This document shows positions 40,179 to 64,000 of a stretch of DNA of 64,000 nucleotides, one piece after another (position 1 is the first letter of the stretch; every line of letters begins with the position of its first letter). Both the position numbers and the translations under genes were made by a program. Below the pieces are notes generated by a model that was not told where the DNA came from, searched no databases, and worked only from the letters and a program-made list of their open reading frames with translations. The stretch is from positions 11,470,001 through 11,534,000 of the forward strand of contig CM022672.1 of assembly GCA_012295275.1 (NCBI GenBank), in the 5' to 3' direction. The stretch is from Chrysomallon squamiferum. Lineage: Eukaryota; Animalia; Mollusca.

Positions 40179-41084
40179 TAATAACAACAATAGCAGTAGT
40201 AGTAGTAATAATAATATGAATAAGTTTAATGAGTACTGGACGACATACACAAATTGATTGGTTTTACTTAAATTTTACACACTGTCAATACTTTTGTGTT
40301 ACAGCTGTTCCATTTCGTGCAGGTATGTGTCACGTGTCTAATACATTATATTTAAATATTTGTTTTGGAGGTTGTTTTTTGTTGTTTTTTATTTATTGTC
40401 TATTACAATGAACAATCCTAATTAGTTTTCATCGTTTTACATTTCGCGCCCACAATGAAAGATTGCATAGTTGCAGAAAAAAAAAAAAAAAAAAAAAAAG
40501 TGATAAAAATAGGTGTTGGTCAAAACCGTATTAATATTCGTAAAACATGTACAAAAATCGATTTATCCGTATGCATATAAATGCATAGATGTTCAGTAAA
40601 AAAATAATTATTGCGATAAAAAAAAAAAAAAAAAAAAAACGTTCAACACTATAAAGCAAAAGATAGGACCGCATGCCAAATAATTTCACCAGAAGATAAT
40701 TCTCCAACTGCAGAGAACGTTTGGTTATTTTTACGTAATCTGAAAGTGATGTGACTGTGAGACAAGATACAAAATTAGCAACAGTAAGCTCTGAACAAAT
40801 ATTAAAATGTCTGTATCCGGCTACGGGATACTGCCCATCCTACTGAATCTTTGGAAAAGCGGAAAAAAATATATTATCAGGCGAAAGGACGTAGGAGGGG
40901 TTATATACTCACTTACTATCTTAACTGCGGATTGCTTCATGTTGTAATAATGTCACGTGTCGTATTAATAGAAAGAAGAAAAAGAACGCGAACAAGACAA
41001 CAATAACAATACTGCAATACCAATGGGAATAGTAACGACAACAAAAACAACAATAATAGTAAATTAATTATAATTTAATAGTAA

Positions 41085-41177
<93 letters not shown>
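41085..41177. repeat. (AAT)n immediately followed by (ATT)n: self-complementary compound microsatellite
   Basis: Directly visible; the switch is at about 41140. Confidence 0.9.
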
Positions 41178-41179
<2 letters not shown>

Positions 41180-42278
41180 GAATATAAATTTGGGCATGAA
41201 ATGGCACTTTGATTGGTAGAGTCACTGTTGATTTGTGATTAATAAATAATTTGTGTGATTAAGCGTGGATTTAAAAAATTTTTAACACTCACTCTCAGAT
41301 GTTTATAAAAGAAATTTTATTCATTCACCCGTTTCTTTATGCTTTGGGTAATGTTCGTCTTAGTTTCACTTGCGTATAACTTTGTAAAAAATATATTTTG
41401 TCACAAAATAAAATATATATTAACCCATTTATTAAGAGTTTACTTTGTACACTCACTCTCCATTCACCCCAAAATAATTTTATTAACGTTTGGGTGAACA
41501 ATTCCTACCGATTAACTTCAGAAAACACAGAAACAAAAACATATAACAGTATATTTTTATTTGCTTGTCTTTTTTATTTTTCTAATTTTTTGTTACGTGT
41601 ATGTGTGTGTTAAATATCATCATATTGTTGTTGTTTCTATGTTGTTGTTTTTACTCCTACTACTACTACTACTACTACAATTATTATTATTATTATTATT
41701 ATTTTATTATTATTATTATTATTATAATTATCATATCATTAAAGTTTTTACTGTATTTTTTATTTCTTTAATAAATAAATATTTTTTTATAAACATGTGT
41801 ATGTATTTTACATATAATTCACTTGTTAATGTTCATCACACTTGTTCATCAGTTATTTCAACTGACTGAAGTATTTTGTAAAAAGAACATAATATAAATT
41901 TTTAACATTTTTAACATTTCATCGTTTTTCTTGTTTCAGCTTGTTAAGGTATAATATTCATGTCAACTAATCGCGGTGAAATATTCCAGCTAAACGTTTA
42001 ACACGAATACGTACGTGTTTTGAATAATAATCATTTTCAAATCATTTGTAAGCAGACCAGGCAGAGTTACTTCCCCTGATACTCGACAACTATTTTTTGT
42101 GTGTGTGTTTCTTTTTCTGTTATATTTTGCAGGCGTGTTGGAAAGACAGTTATTATTAATATTATATATACTGTTAACCAGAATGCATTTTCAAAGTTCC
42201 TTATTTAACAAATTTTACATGTTTATATCCAATTCAGTATTATTATTATTAATTTTTTTGTCGTATATGGATAGATAG

Positions 42279-42382
<104 letters not shown>

Positions 42383-42708
42383 ATTTACTCAGTGGATACT
42401 TTGTAACAATAATGATAATATTTTTAAAAAGAAAATATTAGTTTAATGTGTTAATACGTATTTCAGATAAATGAAATAAATATGATACCTGAGACAGAAT
42501 ATTCCTTATTCATGTTTAATATTAAGTGGTCAGTAATTTCAACCTGGTAAAATATTATATCCAAAGCAGAAAAATGTTATAAAATACAAAAATATTAACA
42601 ACCAACTGATTAGATGAATTAACCTAAACATTAAATAAATTCCAATTCAGTTACTTATAATTAAATTTGTATTTATTTATTTATATTAAAATGTACGGCG
42701 GAAGTTAT

Positions 42709-42742
<34 letters not shown>

Positions 42743-43514
42743 CAAAGATTAGTACTTCCGGTGTGAACGTGCTCAGCGTGAAGTACGCCAGTGTCACATA
42801 GCTGCACCGACAAGATTTATTCCCCTTGTGATATACATGATGCAAAGGTCAATAGAGCAGACCTATATTACGCACCGTATGTATTTAATGAAGTGTGACG
42901 TATATATCACATCTTGACGTATTTTATAATTATATAATCAATATGACAAATTATTAAACTTTAGTAATAATATAGCAACAATTCTTTCTTTGTTTCTTTC
43001 TTTCTCTCTCTCGTACACACACACACACACTGTAACGCGCGCGCAGATGCACGCACGCCTCCAAACACATTGTTATACACATCTGTTTTGTCTTTAGATG
43101 TTATTATCTGTGATGTTTATATTGTGTGATGTGAAAAAAAGAAAAAAGTTTCACATATATAAATAACAAAATTAAACTGTAAGAAAGCATAATAATGGGA
43201 AGAGCTTATTCATCAGTAAAACTCAAAAATATTTTTTTGTCTCTCAAATATCAAGTTTTTTGGTGATAAATTTAAGATAAAACAACGAATGAATAGCTCA
43301 AAATAAATGATCACGTTTTATTTGAATTAAAAATGTTTTGGATTTAATGATGATATTATTAGTTAATTTCTTTTTCTTCTTCTTCTTTTTATTTTTAATT
43401 ATCTTTTGTTCAAGACACTGACTGTTTTTCTAATTCAAGTAGACAACTAATTATTATTATTTTGAAACTAAAACAAAAAAATGAAATGTGGTGCGAGATA
43501 ATAGTGTAAGAATA

Positions 43515-43624
43515 ACAAACCGGAAGTCAAATAATCTGACGCAAGCGCAAGGTTCCGTTTACATCACACGTGCGAGACGTTGTGTTTTAGCTCTGTCTTC
43601 TTCGGATAAAAAAGTACTTCAAAA
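43515..43624 (+). promoter_or_regulatory. HSPA9 housekeeping-type promoter/5' UTR
   Basis: ETS CCGGAAGT 43520-43527, TGACGCAA 43537-43544 and E-box CACGTG 43567-43572 in a locally CpG-rich patch directly upstream of the ATG. Confidence 0.55.
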
Positions 43625-53609
<9,985 letters not shown>

Positions 53610-55669
53610 TTGCTTGGATGATGATGTAAAATAGTTTCAAAAGTGGGGGCATTTTTCATCATGTGTAAATCAAATTGTTTGAAACAAGGGACAAGCGACG
53701 AACTTCTATTTATTTCAGTTTGTGTGTAACTTGATCATACGGACCAAAAGTGCTAAAACTGAGATGTACTCTTCTATAAATATAGTATTACCCAGACTTA
53801 GCCGGAAACGGTCAGCATAAAGATACTAAACCTAATTCCAATGTGCTTTTTTGCTTGTGTACAGTAATTAAATTTAAAAAAAAAAAAAAATTCATCTCCA
53901 GTAAGTGCAAACTTAGTAGAAATAATTTCATATCTAATTTTTTTTTTTCTCCCCTCCATGATCAGTCCATTTATTCATTAATGGTCATTAGCTCATTAGC
54001 AGAATATCCTTTTCATGCCTAAATATGGAAAATGCAAATAAATTAGTTTCCTTCCTTTGTATAATTTGTTTTGGGTTGTGTGCCTGGGAAGTAACCATAA
54101 CCATGTTTGTGTTCTCTACGTTAATATGGCAGTGCACAAACATTTCCACAAGTATGTTCGTAGGTGATAAAATAAATACTTGTTGTTCTGAGAGGTATGA
54201 TCGAACTTTGATTATGTTTCAACCTTTACAGATTTTCTGATAATAACATGGATTTACACAGATTTCATTTGAATTAACAACTTATTCTGAGTTTCTTGTA
54301 GTGTTAGTTATAACCATTTTATGAAAGAAATTATATGTATGGGTTTTAACAGATTATTGCTCATTGATGTCATATAAAAATATTTTCATTCTCATCATTG
54401 CTGAAAAAAGGATGTAGGTATAAAATATTACAGTTCAAATAATATCTGAAATATTACAATATTGGAAGCACTGTGATTTATTAATTTGCAAGTCAGATGC
54501 TTTCTAAAAAAGAAATGTATATTTTTAAAACATTTACCCTAATTTTTTTCTTTCTTTCCTACTTCATTTTAAGTTTTTGATTTTGGTTTTCAAATTGTAT
54601 TAGCAAATTTAAAAATTCTTATTGATAAATGCAGTAATTTGAAGTTGTTATGCAAGAAGTGAATTAGGTTAGGTAATTACAAGATTTTCTGTGGCATTGT
54701 TTTATCATGTGTTAAATTGGGAGAAATCTGTCCTTAAAGAACAGTGTTGTCTGGGGGATTGCATAACATTGCCAAGATTCTTAATAAGCACAAGTTTGAA
54801 TATCTAAAACTATATTTTGTGTGTTTACTTACAAATGTGTAGATATTGTGATACATAATATTAGAAATTGTTACAGTAAATGCTTTTATAATTGATATTC
54901 TTTAATATTGGTACTGTCCGTGGCAGTATACCATGCCGAATTTCTTAAATGGGATTTTTTTTTTTTTTTTCTATTTTCTTTTTGTATAGAAGTTCTTTGC
55001 AAGAACAATAACTTTTTAAGAGAATTATTGAAATTGAAATATAATCTGTACTTTGTGACAAATAAAAAGACAATATCAATTATAAAAAATGACTTGTTGT
55101 ATTCTTGGTGCTATATTGAATTTTTGTTTGGTTTCTATTAAAAGGAGGACAATTTTATAAAATTTACATATGTAGACAACCTTAAAAAAGACAAACAGTA
55201 GTAAATATTTTTTATTAATTTCCTTACAGATAATTTTAACAACACACAGCAGTAGTCACCTCTTCAGGTTTTAGATACACTATAAAATACTGGCACTTGT
55301 GTATCAAAAAGGAAAAATTCCGCTGCATTTGATCTGATTAGCTGTGGTTCTGTGTTAAATCATAATCAGCTACTAAATGTAACTTGAAAGTCTCAGTTTT
55401 ATGTTAGAACTAGTTTTTGCCCTTCTTCTGGAACAGTATAGTACTGAGTTTACGATAAACACAGATCAGTACCATATTAATCAGAATTATAACATCTAAA
55501 GATGATAGCAAAGTTTCGGTTTCTTGAATAATTCATAACTCACTTGTGTCCTCTAATTCTCATCCGAGTTCACAGTAAAACCAGTTCAGTACCCAATTAC
55601 AACTTGCTAAAGATGATGGGAAGGAAAGCTGTGTTCTCTTAAGATGAACCAGACTCATATTTTTTTCTT

Positions 55670-58600
55670 TTAATCAGAATTAGAGTTATCTTCTACTTCT
55701 GACAGTGACTGGTCGTCATCATCATTCATCACAGCTGCAGTCAAAACTTTCAAATCTTCTAGAACAGACTCAAGAGGTTCCTGCGTAACTGAAAAATTAA
55801 CACAAATCACCTTCTTTGAAATGTGGTTCTATAATATGAATAATCATTTTTACCTGTTAACATATTCAGAGAAATTAATTTAAATGGCATTTATTTATTA
55901 TTTTTAGAATTTTTTTTCTTTTTTTTTCGAACTAGATAAAGTATTGTCTTATTCTGAAAAAAATAGGAAAGTAAAGAAATACAAAAAAATATATATGTGC
56001 CTTGTGGATGTGGATATTCTTTTGCATCACCTGTCTGTCCTTCAGACGTATTATCACTGTCCAGATTCACAGGTTCCCCTCGATCCAACTTCAGTTTGCT
56101 AGTGAGACCTTCCTGTCTCAGAGTGGCCTGGAACAGAAACATTTTTAACTTTTACAACTCGTCAGGCCACAATTTTACAACAATAATAATAAATAATAAT
56201 AAACAAATGAATGCAGAAACCTTAAAGGGAAGCAGTACAGAGTGTGTGATATCGGGACAGGAATTGTAAATGTTTTGGGAGTAATTGCATAAATAAATTA
56301 AGACATTTTATTTTTAAAGTTTTCCTAGTGAAAGCTGAAACTTTTAGCAGCACATTTTGTTGTCCAAAAACTTCAAATTGTGAAATAAATGAAAAAAATA
56401 TTAAGGACAATATTTGAAAAAAAAAAAAAAATAGAAGAAAACGCAAAAATCTTTACAATGGCAAAAATATGGTATAAAACATTAACGACTGTGTTTAACA
56501 TGCGTGGAGATGTAGTAGTAATGGATTAACGTAACTGGACTATTTCTGAACAGGTTCAAATGATACATACCATAAGCATATTTCTTTCTTTCTCAATGGC
56601 AACCAGTTTTGCCTCCAGTTTTTCCAGCTGATGTTTGTAATGCTCTTCTGTCACTCGCAGCTGTTCTGCTGCTCGCTCTTTCTCCCGAGAACTCTGTCGT
56701 TCCAGCTGTCGAAGGCTTATCACTGAAACAGTTTTAAAACTACATATAATGCTGAAATAACTGCATTGAACATGAGTTACTACTTTTTTCCACATTTGGT
56801 GGAAACATTTCCTGGTTTAGGAGAATAAAACCAAAAATTAAATAAAAATTAAATATAATCAGCATTGCTGCTAATAAATAAATGTAGGTCAAACAGAAGG
56901 CATCATCACCATCATGCAACAGAAACAGGACTGATGCCTCTTAACTACAATCTAATGAAGTGTCATTAAGTAAATATTTATTGATTCAAGATAATGAAAG
57001 TCTATAATGTTTATAATAAGAATCTGCTGAAACAAATAATATATGTGAGCAAGCAACAAAATGAGAGCTGAATTTGCACTTCCTAAGCCCTGTAAACAAA
57101 TAATTAATCACAATAACAGCAATTGTTAAAATACCTGTTTTTGTCGCTTCTCTTTTTGCTTCACTCAGTTTTCTATCCAAATCTGCCAGTACTTCAGCAA
57201 ACCTGGCTTCTTCTGCTGTTCTTTGCTCTTCAAGAGCTAAAACAAATCATATTAGTCACAGATGCACTGTCTGATCGTGAAACAAGATCTAGATGGAAGG
57301 TTCAGTGTTTCAAAATGTCTTTGTGTAAAAAGGAAAACTTTTTATTAGATGATTGATTATTTTTGACAAATGCTTTTCATTGGATATTGTAATAAACAGT
57401 GTTTGTTGATTAAGAATATATCTTACAAAAACTGAAAAACCAACAAAGATATATTCTCTATAATGAAAATTAAAATCACTGTACCACTTACAGTATGATT
57501 ATGAACACTAGACTGAAATACATTTTGTATTTTCAAATCTCTATTAATTTTGAACAATTAAAAATTTTAGAGTTTACAAATATAAATATCCCTTGTGAAA
57601 GATTATGATCAATAACAAATGGAATGTTTACACTACACTTAAATCAGTTAAAAATAATAATAAAAAAGTAAATGAAATAAAATGTTTGTATGTTAATCAT
57701 TGCACAACTTACAAATGGCCAGTAACTCATATATTAGAAGGGATAAATATAGTCATCATTATGAACAAGTTCTGTTTTTCAAACATAATTAATGGGTTTG
57801 TCATTACTAGATAATAAAATTTTAAAATTTGTTATTTTATTTTATTATGTAATTATTACTAATCCACAAATTATGTAACATGTACCTTTCTGTGTATTAT
57901 ACTGCTGTTTTGCCAAAGTTGTTTTCAAGTCTTCATTTCTTTGTGACAACTCTTCCAGTTCTGTCTGACACTGTTCCAGTTTTTCACTTAGACTCGTACA
58001 AGTCTGAAATTATCAGTGGTTTTAAAATACTTTTTTTTTTTTTTTACCCCTTTACTAAGCATTAATATAGGTATACAGAAACCCAAAATCTAGTTTTAGG
58101 ATATGAAAACATTTCCTGTGATGACAGCTATAGATTCATTTTGAAATCCATTATTATGACATTAATTAACAGTGATTAGAACAAACCTTTTTGATATTAA
58201 AAGAAAAGCTGATTTTAAATTCAAGTATGTTAAACAATTTTAAATATCTGCAGTATCAAAAAAAATTAAAAAAGGAACAAAATTTTCAGAATTAACTATA
58301 AATTCAAGTACATTAAACAGTCTTATACCTGTGCTTTCTGCTGTACTGTAAATTCAAGATCTTCTACAGTATTCTTCAGTGAAATAATTTCCTTTTCATC
58401 TAAAATATTACATCAAATACATTACTTTCTGTAAAGAATCTAACACATTTTGTCTAGTTTTACTTCTCTTTTTAAAGAAATGTAAAAAATTACGATTTAT
58501 TTATATACATGTATGATTATGACCAATATTTAAAAAAAAAAACAATATGACTATTGTTTTCATTCATTCTTCATCTTTAGTGAGAAGTGGAATTTTTTTT

Positions 58601-61600
58601 TCCTTTATAAATGTAAACGATTATAATTAAATTATATGGTCTATTTGTACATAATTATGACAGTATGCCAAAACTGATATATTAATTTTTTATTTTTTAT
58701 TTGTTTTTCTTTCATGAAGTATTTCATACAGCCTTGTTTTTGGGGTTTTTTTTTTTTTTTTTTTTTTAATATCTGCTAAAGGTTTATTACCACAACTAAG
58801 AAACAGGAGGGAGTGTTTGATTTTTTTTAATCATTTCTGTTGTCAAAAATAAGTATACCAGAACAGTTTAAATTAACAATATATGAACTGATCTTGCAAA
58901 TACCTTTTATCTACCAATAAATAAAATAAATTCTGACTGAATGTAAAAATATATTTAATAACATGAAACAAAAACTTGCATACATTCTTTCACATGTAAA
59001 AATTTTAATACAAGTTATGTTTTGATATTATTAGTTCCTTAAATTATATATTAAATAAGATGCAATGAAAATTCTCAAAGCTGAATAGTGTCATGAAAAA
59101 GATTTTGTTTAGACAGGTGCTCTGTTAACTTATATTTTAGTGATAAAATCAGATGCAAAAATCTTGTTTCTTTTTTTTTTTTTTTTTTTTTTGGCAGTAT
59201 GGTCCCACTTTTAGATATTCCACTGTAAATGACCTACACTGTGCCCTTGCATCATCAAGTCTACTGTTCCACATGAGTGAATCGTCTTTCATCTGTGCTG
59301 CCAACATGTCTCTCTCCTTAGTCACTTTGTCAAGTTCCTCATTTAAAAGACTAGCACTGTGTAATGAAAAATATCAACACTTGTTATGGCATATAATACA
59401 AAATGGTCCAAGTACATTTATGTAATTCGCAGTCAAGTGGTTTTGAAAATAATCATAATCTCTGATTCTGTTACTACATATAATGTTGTACACAACATCT
59501 AGAAAATATGTTGCATTATGAATTCCTGATTTAAAGAAAAAAGTATTATTATTATTAATATTATACCCTATTTATCAAAAAATCCAAAACATTACAGCAG
59601 CTTGACATTTTTCATTCCTAGTTCAAGGGTCAGAATTCCAACTTAATAATAGGATTCAGGGTTATATAATATTATCAACAAGGTGAATGGCAGAATGTCT
59701 TAATATTCTAAAGCTTTGGTTTTACAATATGATTTAATTCCAGAGATTTTTCAAAATTGGTATATCAAAGATCTAAAGTTCTGGGGTTGTTTTTTTTGGA
59801 CAAATCCTTTTTTGACTGCTTGAAAAATAAAGGAAATTAATGCAAAAACCCCCCCAAAACACAACTCTGTAAAGGCTGGTACACAACAAACCTTGTTACT
59901 GGAGCAGAATCTGGTAACACACAGGGGGCATTCTGCTCAGACTTTTGTTTATCTGTTAACTGTAGTTTGATAAGAGCATCTCTTCTAGAAAACTGGCCTG
60001 CAGAATGAAAACAAAAAAACTTGCCAAAAATACTGCATTTAAATAAAATTCATTTTTATTAATGACTGGTGTATTTTAACTATTTATTTACATATTGTAG
60101 CTAAACATATAAATATGGTGTGCAGGAATAGACTGAATTCTTTTTTTCTAGTAACTTAAGTCTTCTTGTCTTAGGTTGTTGTCTTTTTATATATCATTAC
60201 TATCATTTACATGGAATTTAAGTTTCATTGAAAATATAAAAGTATTAAAATAATTAAAACATAAAATAAAGTAGGTTATTGTTTTAAACGAAAACAATTT
60301 ACCTTGCAACATTTCTATTCTGCCAGCAGCAAAACTAATTCTTTGATTGTACGTATTCAGTGTCGACAGTGTGGAGCTCAGCAGAGAAAATGTGGACTGT
60401 GATTCGTTATCAATACTAGATTCAAAAACCATAGACAAAGCAAACACTGTAACATACAGGATATGTGTGTGTCTGGATATATAAAACAAAAACTGTAATG
60501 GGTCCATAAAGTCTGGATTCAGTTTTAAAGTTATGTTTAAAATACACACTGACTTCATGGACAAACAGTATATATTTCTATAAAAACAGCTTAGAGATGG
60601 ATGAACTGAATCTTTAAAAGAAATATTAATTTTAAAATACATGTTTATTGTTAGCAGAAGATTAAAGATTTATCTTATCAAAAACTCTGCTTGCAACAAA
60701 AGATTAGGGATCACAAAATGATGCATATTACAAAACCAGAATTTCTCAATGTCATTGTAAAAGAATATGATATTTATTTATTCATTTGTTTATTTGATTG
60801 TTTGAAGGTTGGATGGTTAATATTAAATAAAACTATTTCATAACACCACACAATTAAATTAGATATCCATTTATATAAAAGTAAAATTTGTAATGGTTAT
60901 TTTTTAAACAATTTACTTGCTACTGTGTAGCCATATATTTATTCTTCTGTAATTTGAATCCTAAAAATCTTAATTTGTTAAGTAATGTAATAAACAAATA
61001 CCTTTGTATGTATGACACCAGCTGCTCAACACATGTTCTGGCTTCTCTAAGTTTGTCATCCAGAGTCAATGCCACCTGCTGAGCCTGGCTGATTTCAACT
61101 TGCAATTTCTGAACAGGGAGAGGCCACAAATAAAAGAAAGTAAACTTTTTAAGAAATATCAACCATTAAGGTATCTTTGGACACCACAAGTAAGTCCAGT
61201 AATATTCACACTGATCTATTTTTTTTTTAAACAGTTCAAAAAATAATTACAAACTGAACAATTACAATCCAAAAATAGAGTGTTAAAAATAACCTTAACA
61301 TTAAATCTCAAAAATAAAATCTAAAAAGTATTCAAGACAATAATATCTACAATATATTTAGCATTTAAATCAAATATCAAAATAAAAGAACAGAAATAAA
61401 AATCCCTTCCCTCCCCAAAAACCCACACGACTAAAACATTATTATAATAATAAAATTTTTGGATTAAAGTATTTTTGTAATATGTTCTTACCTTGTTGTT
61501 GTTAATCTCCATTTGAAGTTCTGCTGTCTTTTCAGATAAGCTATGTGACAATACCTGGATTTTACTTTCTGATGAAGACAGTTTTTCTTCTAGATCAGAA

Positions 61601-62912
61601 ACCTACAACAACAACACTGATTCACATTTAAATAATTCCATATGATGGCAATAACATTATCTTACTTGTATTAATATGATCTGGCATTTAACTGCAAAAC
61701 ATAAATAATATTTATTTCTTAGCAAAAACGAATAGAACTTTCAGTTAATATCATAATTTAACAGTTTTATCACTGTAATTATGTTTCAATATATCACAAT
61801 TTATCTGTTTTAACGTCAAAATTCAGTTATGATACATTACAATTTATCAGTTTCACACTAATTAAATGATATCAGAATTTATGTTTTTAAATAAGTTATC
61901 TTATTAAAAAATGACTATGTTACTCACTCTGTATGACCAGTTCTGATCGTTCTTCTTTCTCGTTATTTCAGCTGACTGCAACTGAACCATTAACGCAAAC
62001 ACTTTCTCTCTCCACCTGATAGACATATTACATGATTTCAAATGTTACAGGTACAAAAACCAAAGTTTAACAGATAAACACTGAACTAAAGATTTGTTTC
62101 ATTTAAACCTAAATTTGGTTTTGAAATGTGAATTGTTAAGGCTCATTTCTAAACAAGATGTAGTTTAACACAGACATGTCAAAGATTTTGGAAAAACGGG
62201 TTATGGTTTCATTATGAAGGAAACAAAATTTGTATTGTTAGAAAAACAACAGGATAGATGTAGGCCAGGGTAGTCCTTGTCTATCCAAACACTTTTATGT
62301 TTTCACAGATTGTTGGGTTTTTTGTTGTTTTTTTTGGTTGTTGTTTTTTTTACATTTTATGGATATTGCTAAACCTTGATACTGGATGTTTCAGGTATTA
62401 CAAATAAAACAACAGCAATGTTCTGCTTATCACAAGTTTTTTAAAGAAGAAGTTTTAAAATATTAAATTAATTTATTTTTTTAAAGAGCAACACCATCCA
62501 CTAATTTGGATGTAGGTTACAATCAATACTCAAGAATTAAATACTTTACAGAAAATAATATCAGACACCTGTGATATTTAAAATAAAACGAGATCTGTTA
62601 TAAACAGCTCTTAGGCAGATGCTCTAAAATAATTAGAATAATTTTTTTTTAAAAACACAGTATGTCCACTATACTTCATTCAGTATTAAAGTGTTAAATA
62701 TGAATTATGTAGAAAAACTAGTTAAGTACAAACTTATTCTAAAAAATAAAAAATAAATCAACTGACCGGCTAACAAGTAAAGACTCTTGTTTATTTTTAT
62801 CTAGGTGATTCGTTTTTGCCTGGAACATAAAAAAAAAAACATAATTTGACAACACCAAAAGCATTATAGAAATGATTGAGAGGATAATAATAATATATAT
62901 ATTTTTTTTTAA

Positions 62913-62983
<71 letters not shown>

Positions 62984-63960
62984 TTTTCTTTTATTTATTT
63001 ATTTATTTATCATATTTTTATTATTATTATTATTATTTTTTTTTTTTTTTTTGATGTCACAGATTTTTTATTTCATACAAATAAACTAAACTTCTTTCCA
63101 TTTTATATTTCTTCCGCCTCTTAAATATTTTTATTTCTCCATTTCTTTCAACAACTAACATTCATTCATTCTCTTGTATAACAAACGAACAAAGTCAGAT
63201 CCTTGTAATGCTAAACTTCCCCTCAGTAATTATCAAACCTTTGATATTTCACATTCCTGGACATCAAGTATTTTTGTTACTGAAGAAAGACGAACATTCA
63301 GCAGTTCTATATTAGATTCCAAATTCTCATTTTCTGCTTTGAGAATCTGAAGATGAAAAATTTAATTTAATAACAGGACAAAATGTTACAAAAATAACCC
63401 ACAGAAAATTAGAATATCATTGAAAAATATACCAAATATATTGTTTACTGATTTAGTAAACAGTATCATAAAGTTTTTCATTTGTTTTAAGTTACAAAGT
63501 CAAAATTTGTATTTATTTTTCATCAAGTATCAGCCACAAAGTCATAAGAACTTAAAGAAAGTATTTTCAAGATCATGATGATAGTCTTATTTTCTTTATC
63601 AGTATTCAAAATATTTACCATAAAAATCCTTCTAGAAATGTAAGCAATCCTATAAGAACCATATTCATAATTTGTTGTGACATAAATTATTAAAAAAGTC
63701 CTAATCGAATAGAACTGAAATGAAAGCCAGATTTAAGATCCATAGTTAAATGGTTTTATATCCTTACATAATCAAATCATCCCTTTTACAATTTATTGTT
63801 TTCAAATGACAGTCAGTTCCATACCTTCAGCTTGTTTTTAAGAGTTTCATTTTCCTTCACCCATGCTTCGGTTGGTTTGTATGTTTGTTCTGCTTCTCCA
63901 ATGTACAGTTTCATCTGTTGTATCTGACGTTCTTGATTTTCTAATGTTATAGTCTTTGAT
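55670..63960 (-). CDS. CCHCR1: Coiled-coil alpha-helical rod protein 1 homologue, last 15 exons (5' part outside window)
   Basis: Exons 63960-63825, 63346-63239, 62819-62767, 62015-61928, 61602-61492, 61108-61002, 60415-60303, 59997-59892, 59356-59238, 58399-58329, 58003-57886, 57236-57135, 56722-56571, 56127-56031 (or 56001), 55788-55670, with consistent phases. Diagnostic motifs WREKVFALMVQL, ELLNVRL, NQRISFA, VISLRQLERQ, EKERNMLMATLRQEGL and VLEDLKVL match recalled human CCHCR1 segments. Confidence 0.9.
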
Positions 63961-64000
63961 CTGTAAATAAAATATTAACTCAGTGATGTGTTTAAATTTG

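Noticed and set aside
60416-60642. N-terminal extension of the 151-aa ORF 60187-60642
   Set aside because: Only 60415-60303 is a phase-compatible CCHCR1 exon; the rest is intronic read-through.

Overview
AT-rich, microsatellite-rich, intron-containing animal DNA. A mollusc (probably gastropod) origin is inferred, not shown. Contents in order: (1) about 10 kb with no coding signal, probably two convergent long 3' UTRs. (2) A complete 7-exon uridine-cytidine kinase gene on the minus strand (10007-16372, 250 aa). (3) A decayed Gmr1-like Ty3/gypsy LTR element (order PR-INT-RT/RH) with a nested LINE fragment; its empty site is visible in (4). (4) A tandem, scrambled partial duplicate of the UCK gene keeping exons 1, 4, 6 and 7. 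(5) An intronless 157-aa orphan ORF (30635-31108, minus) with a PKI-like pseudosubstrate motif (RRNAVADL), flanked by six perfect CRE palindromes: a candidate CREB-induced PKA-feedback inhibitor. (6) A complete 17-exon mitochondrial HSP70 gene (HSPA9/mortalin, 43625-53609, 687 aa) hosting four paralogous box C/D snoRNAs, one apparently retargeted to a different 18S site. (7) The last 15 exons of a CCHCR1 homologue on the minus strand, running off the right edge. All exon boundaries were derived by hand from splice sites and phase, and all comparisons with known proteins and RNAs are from memory.
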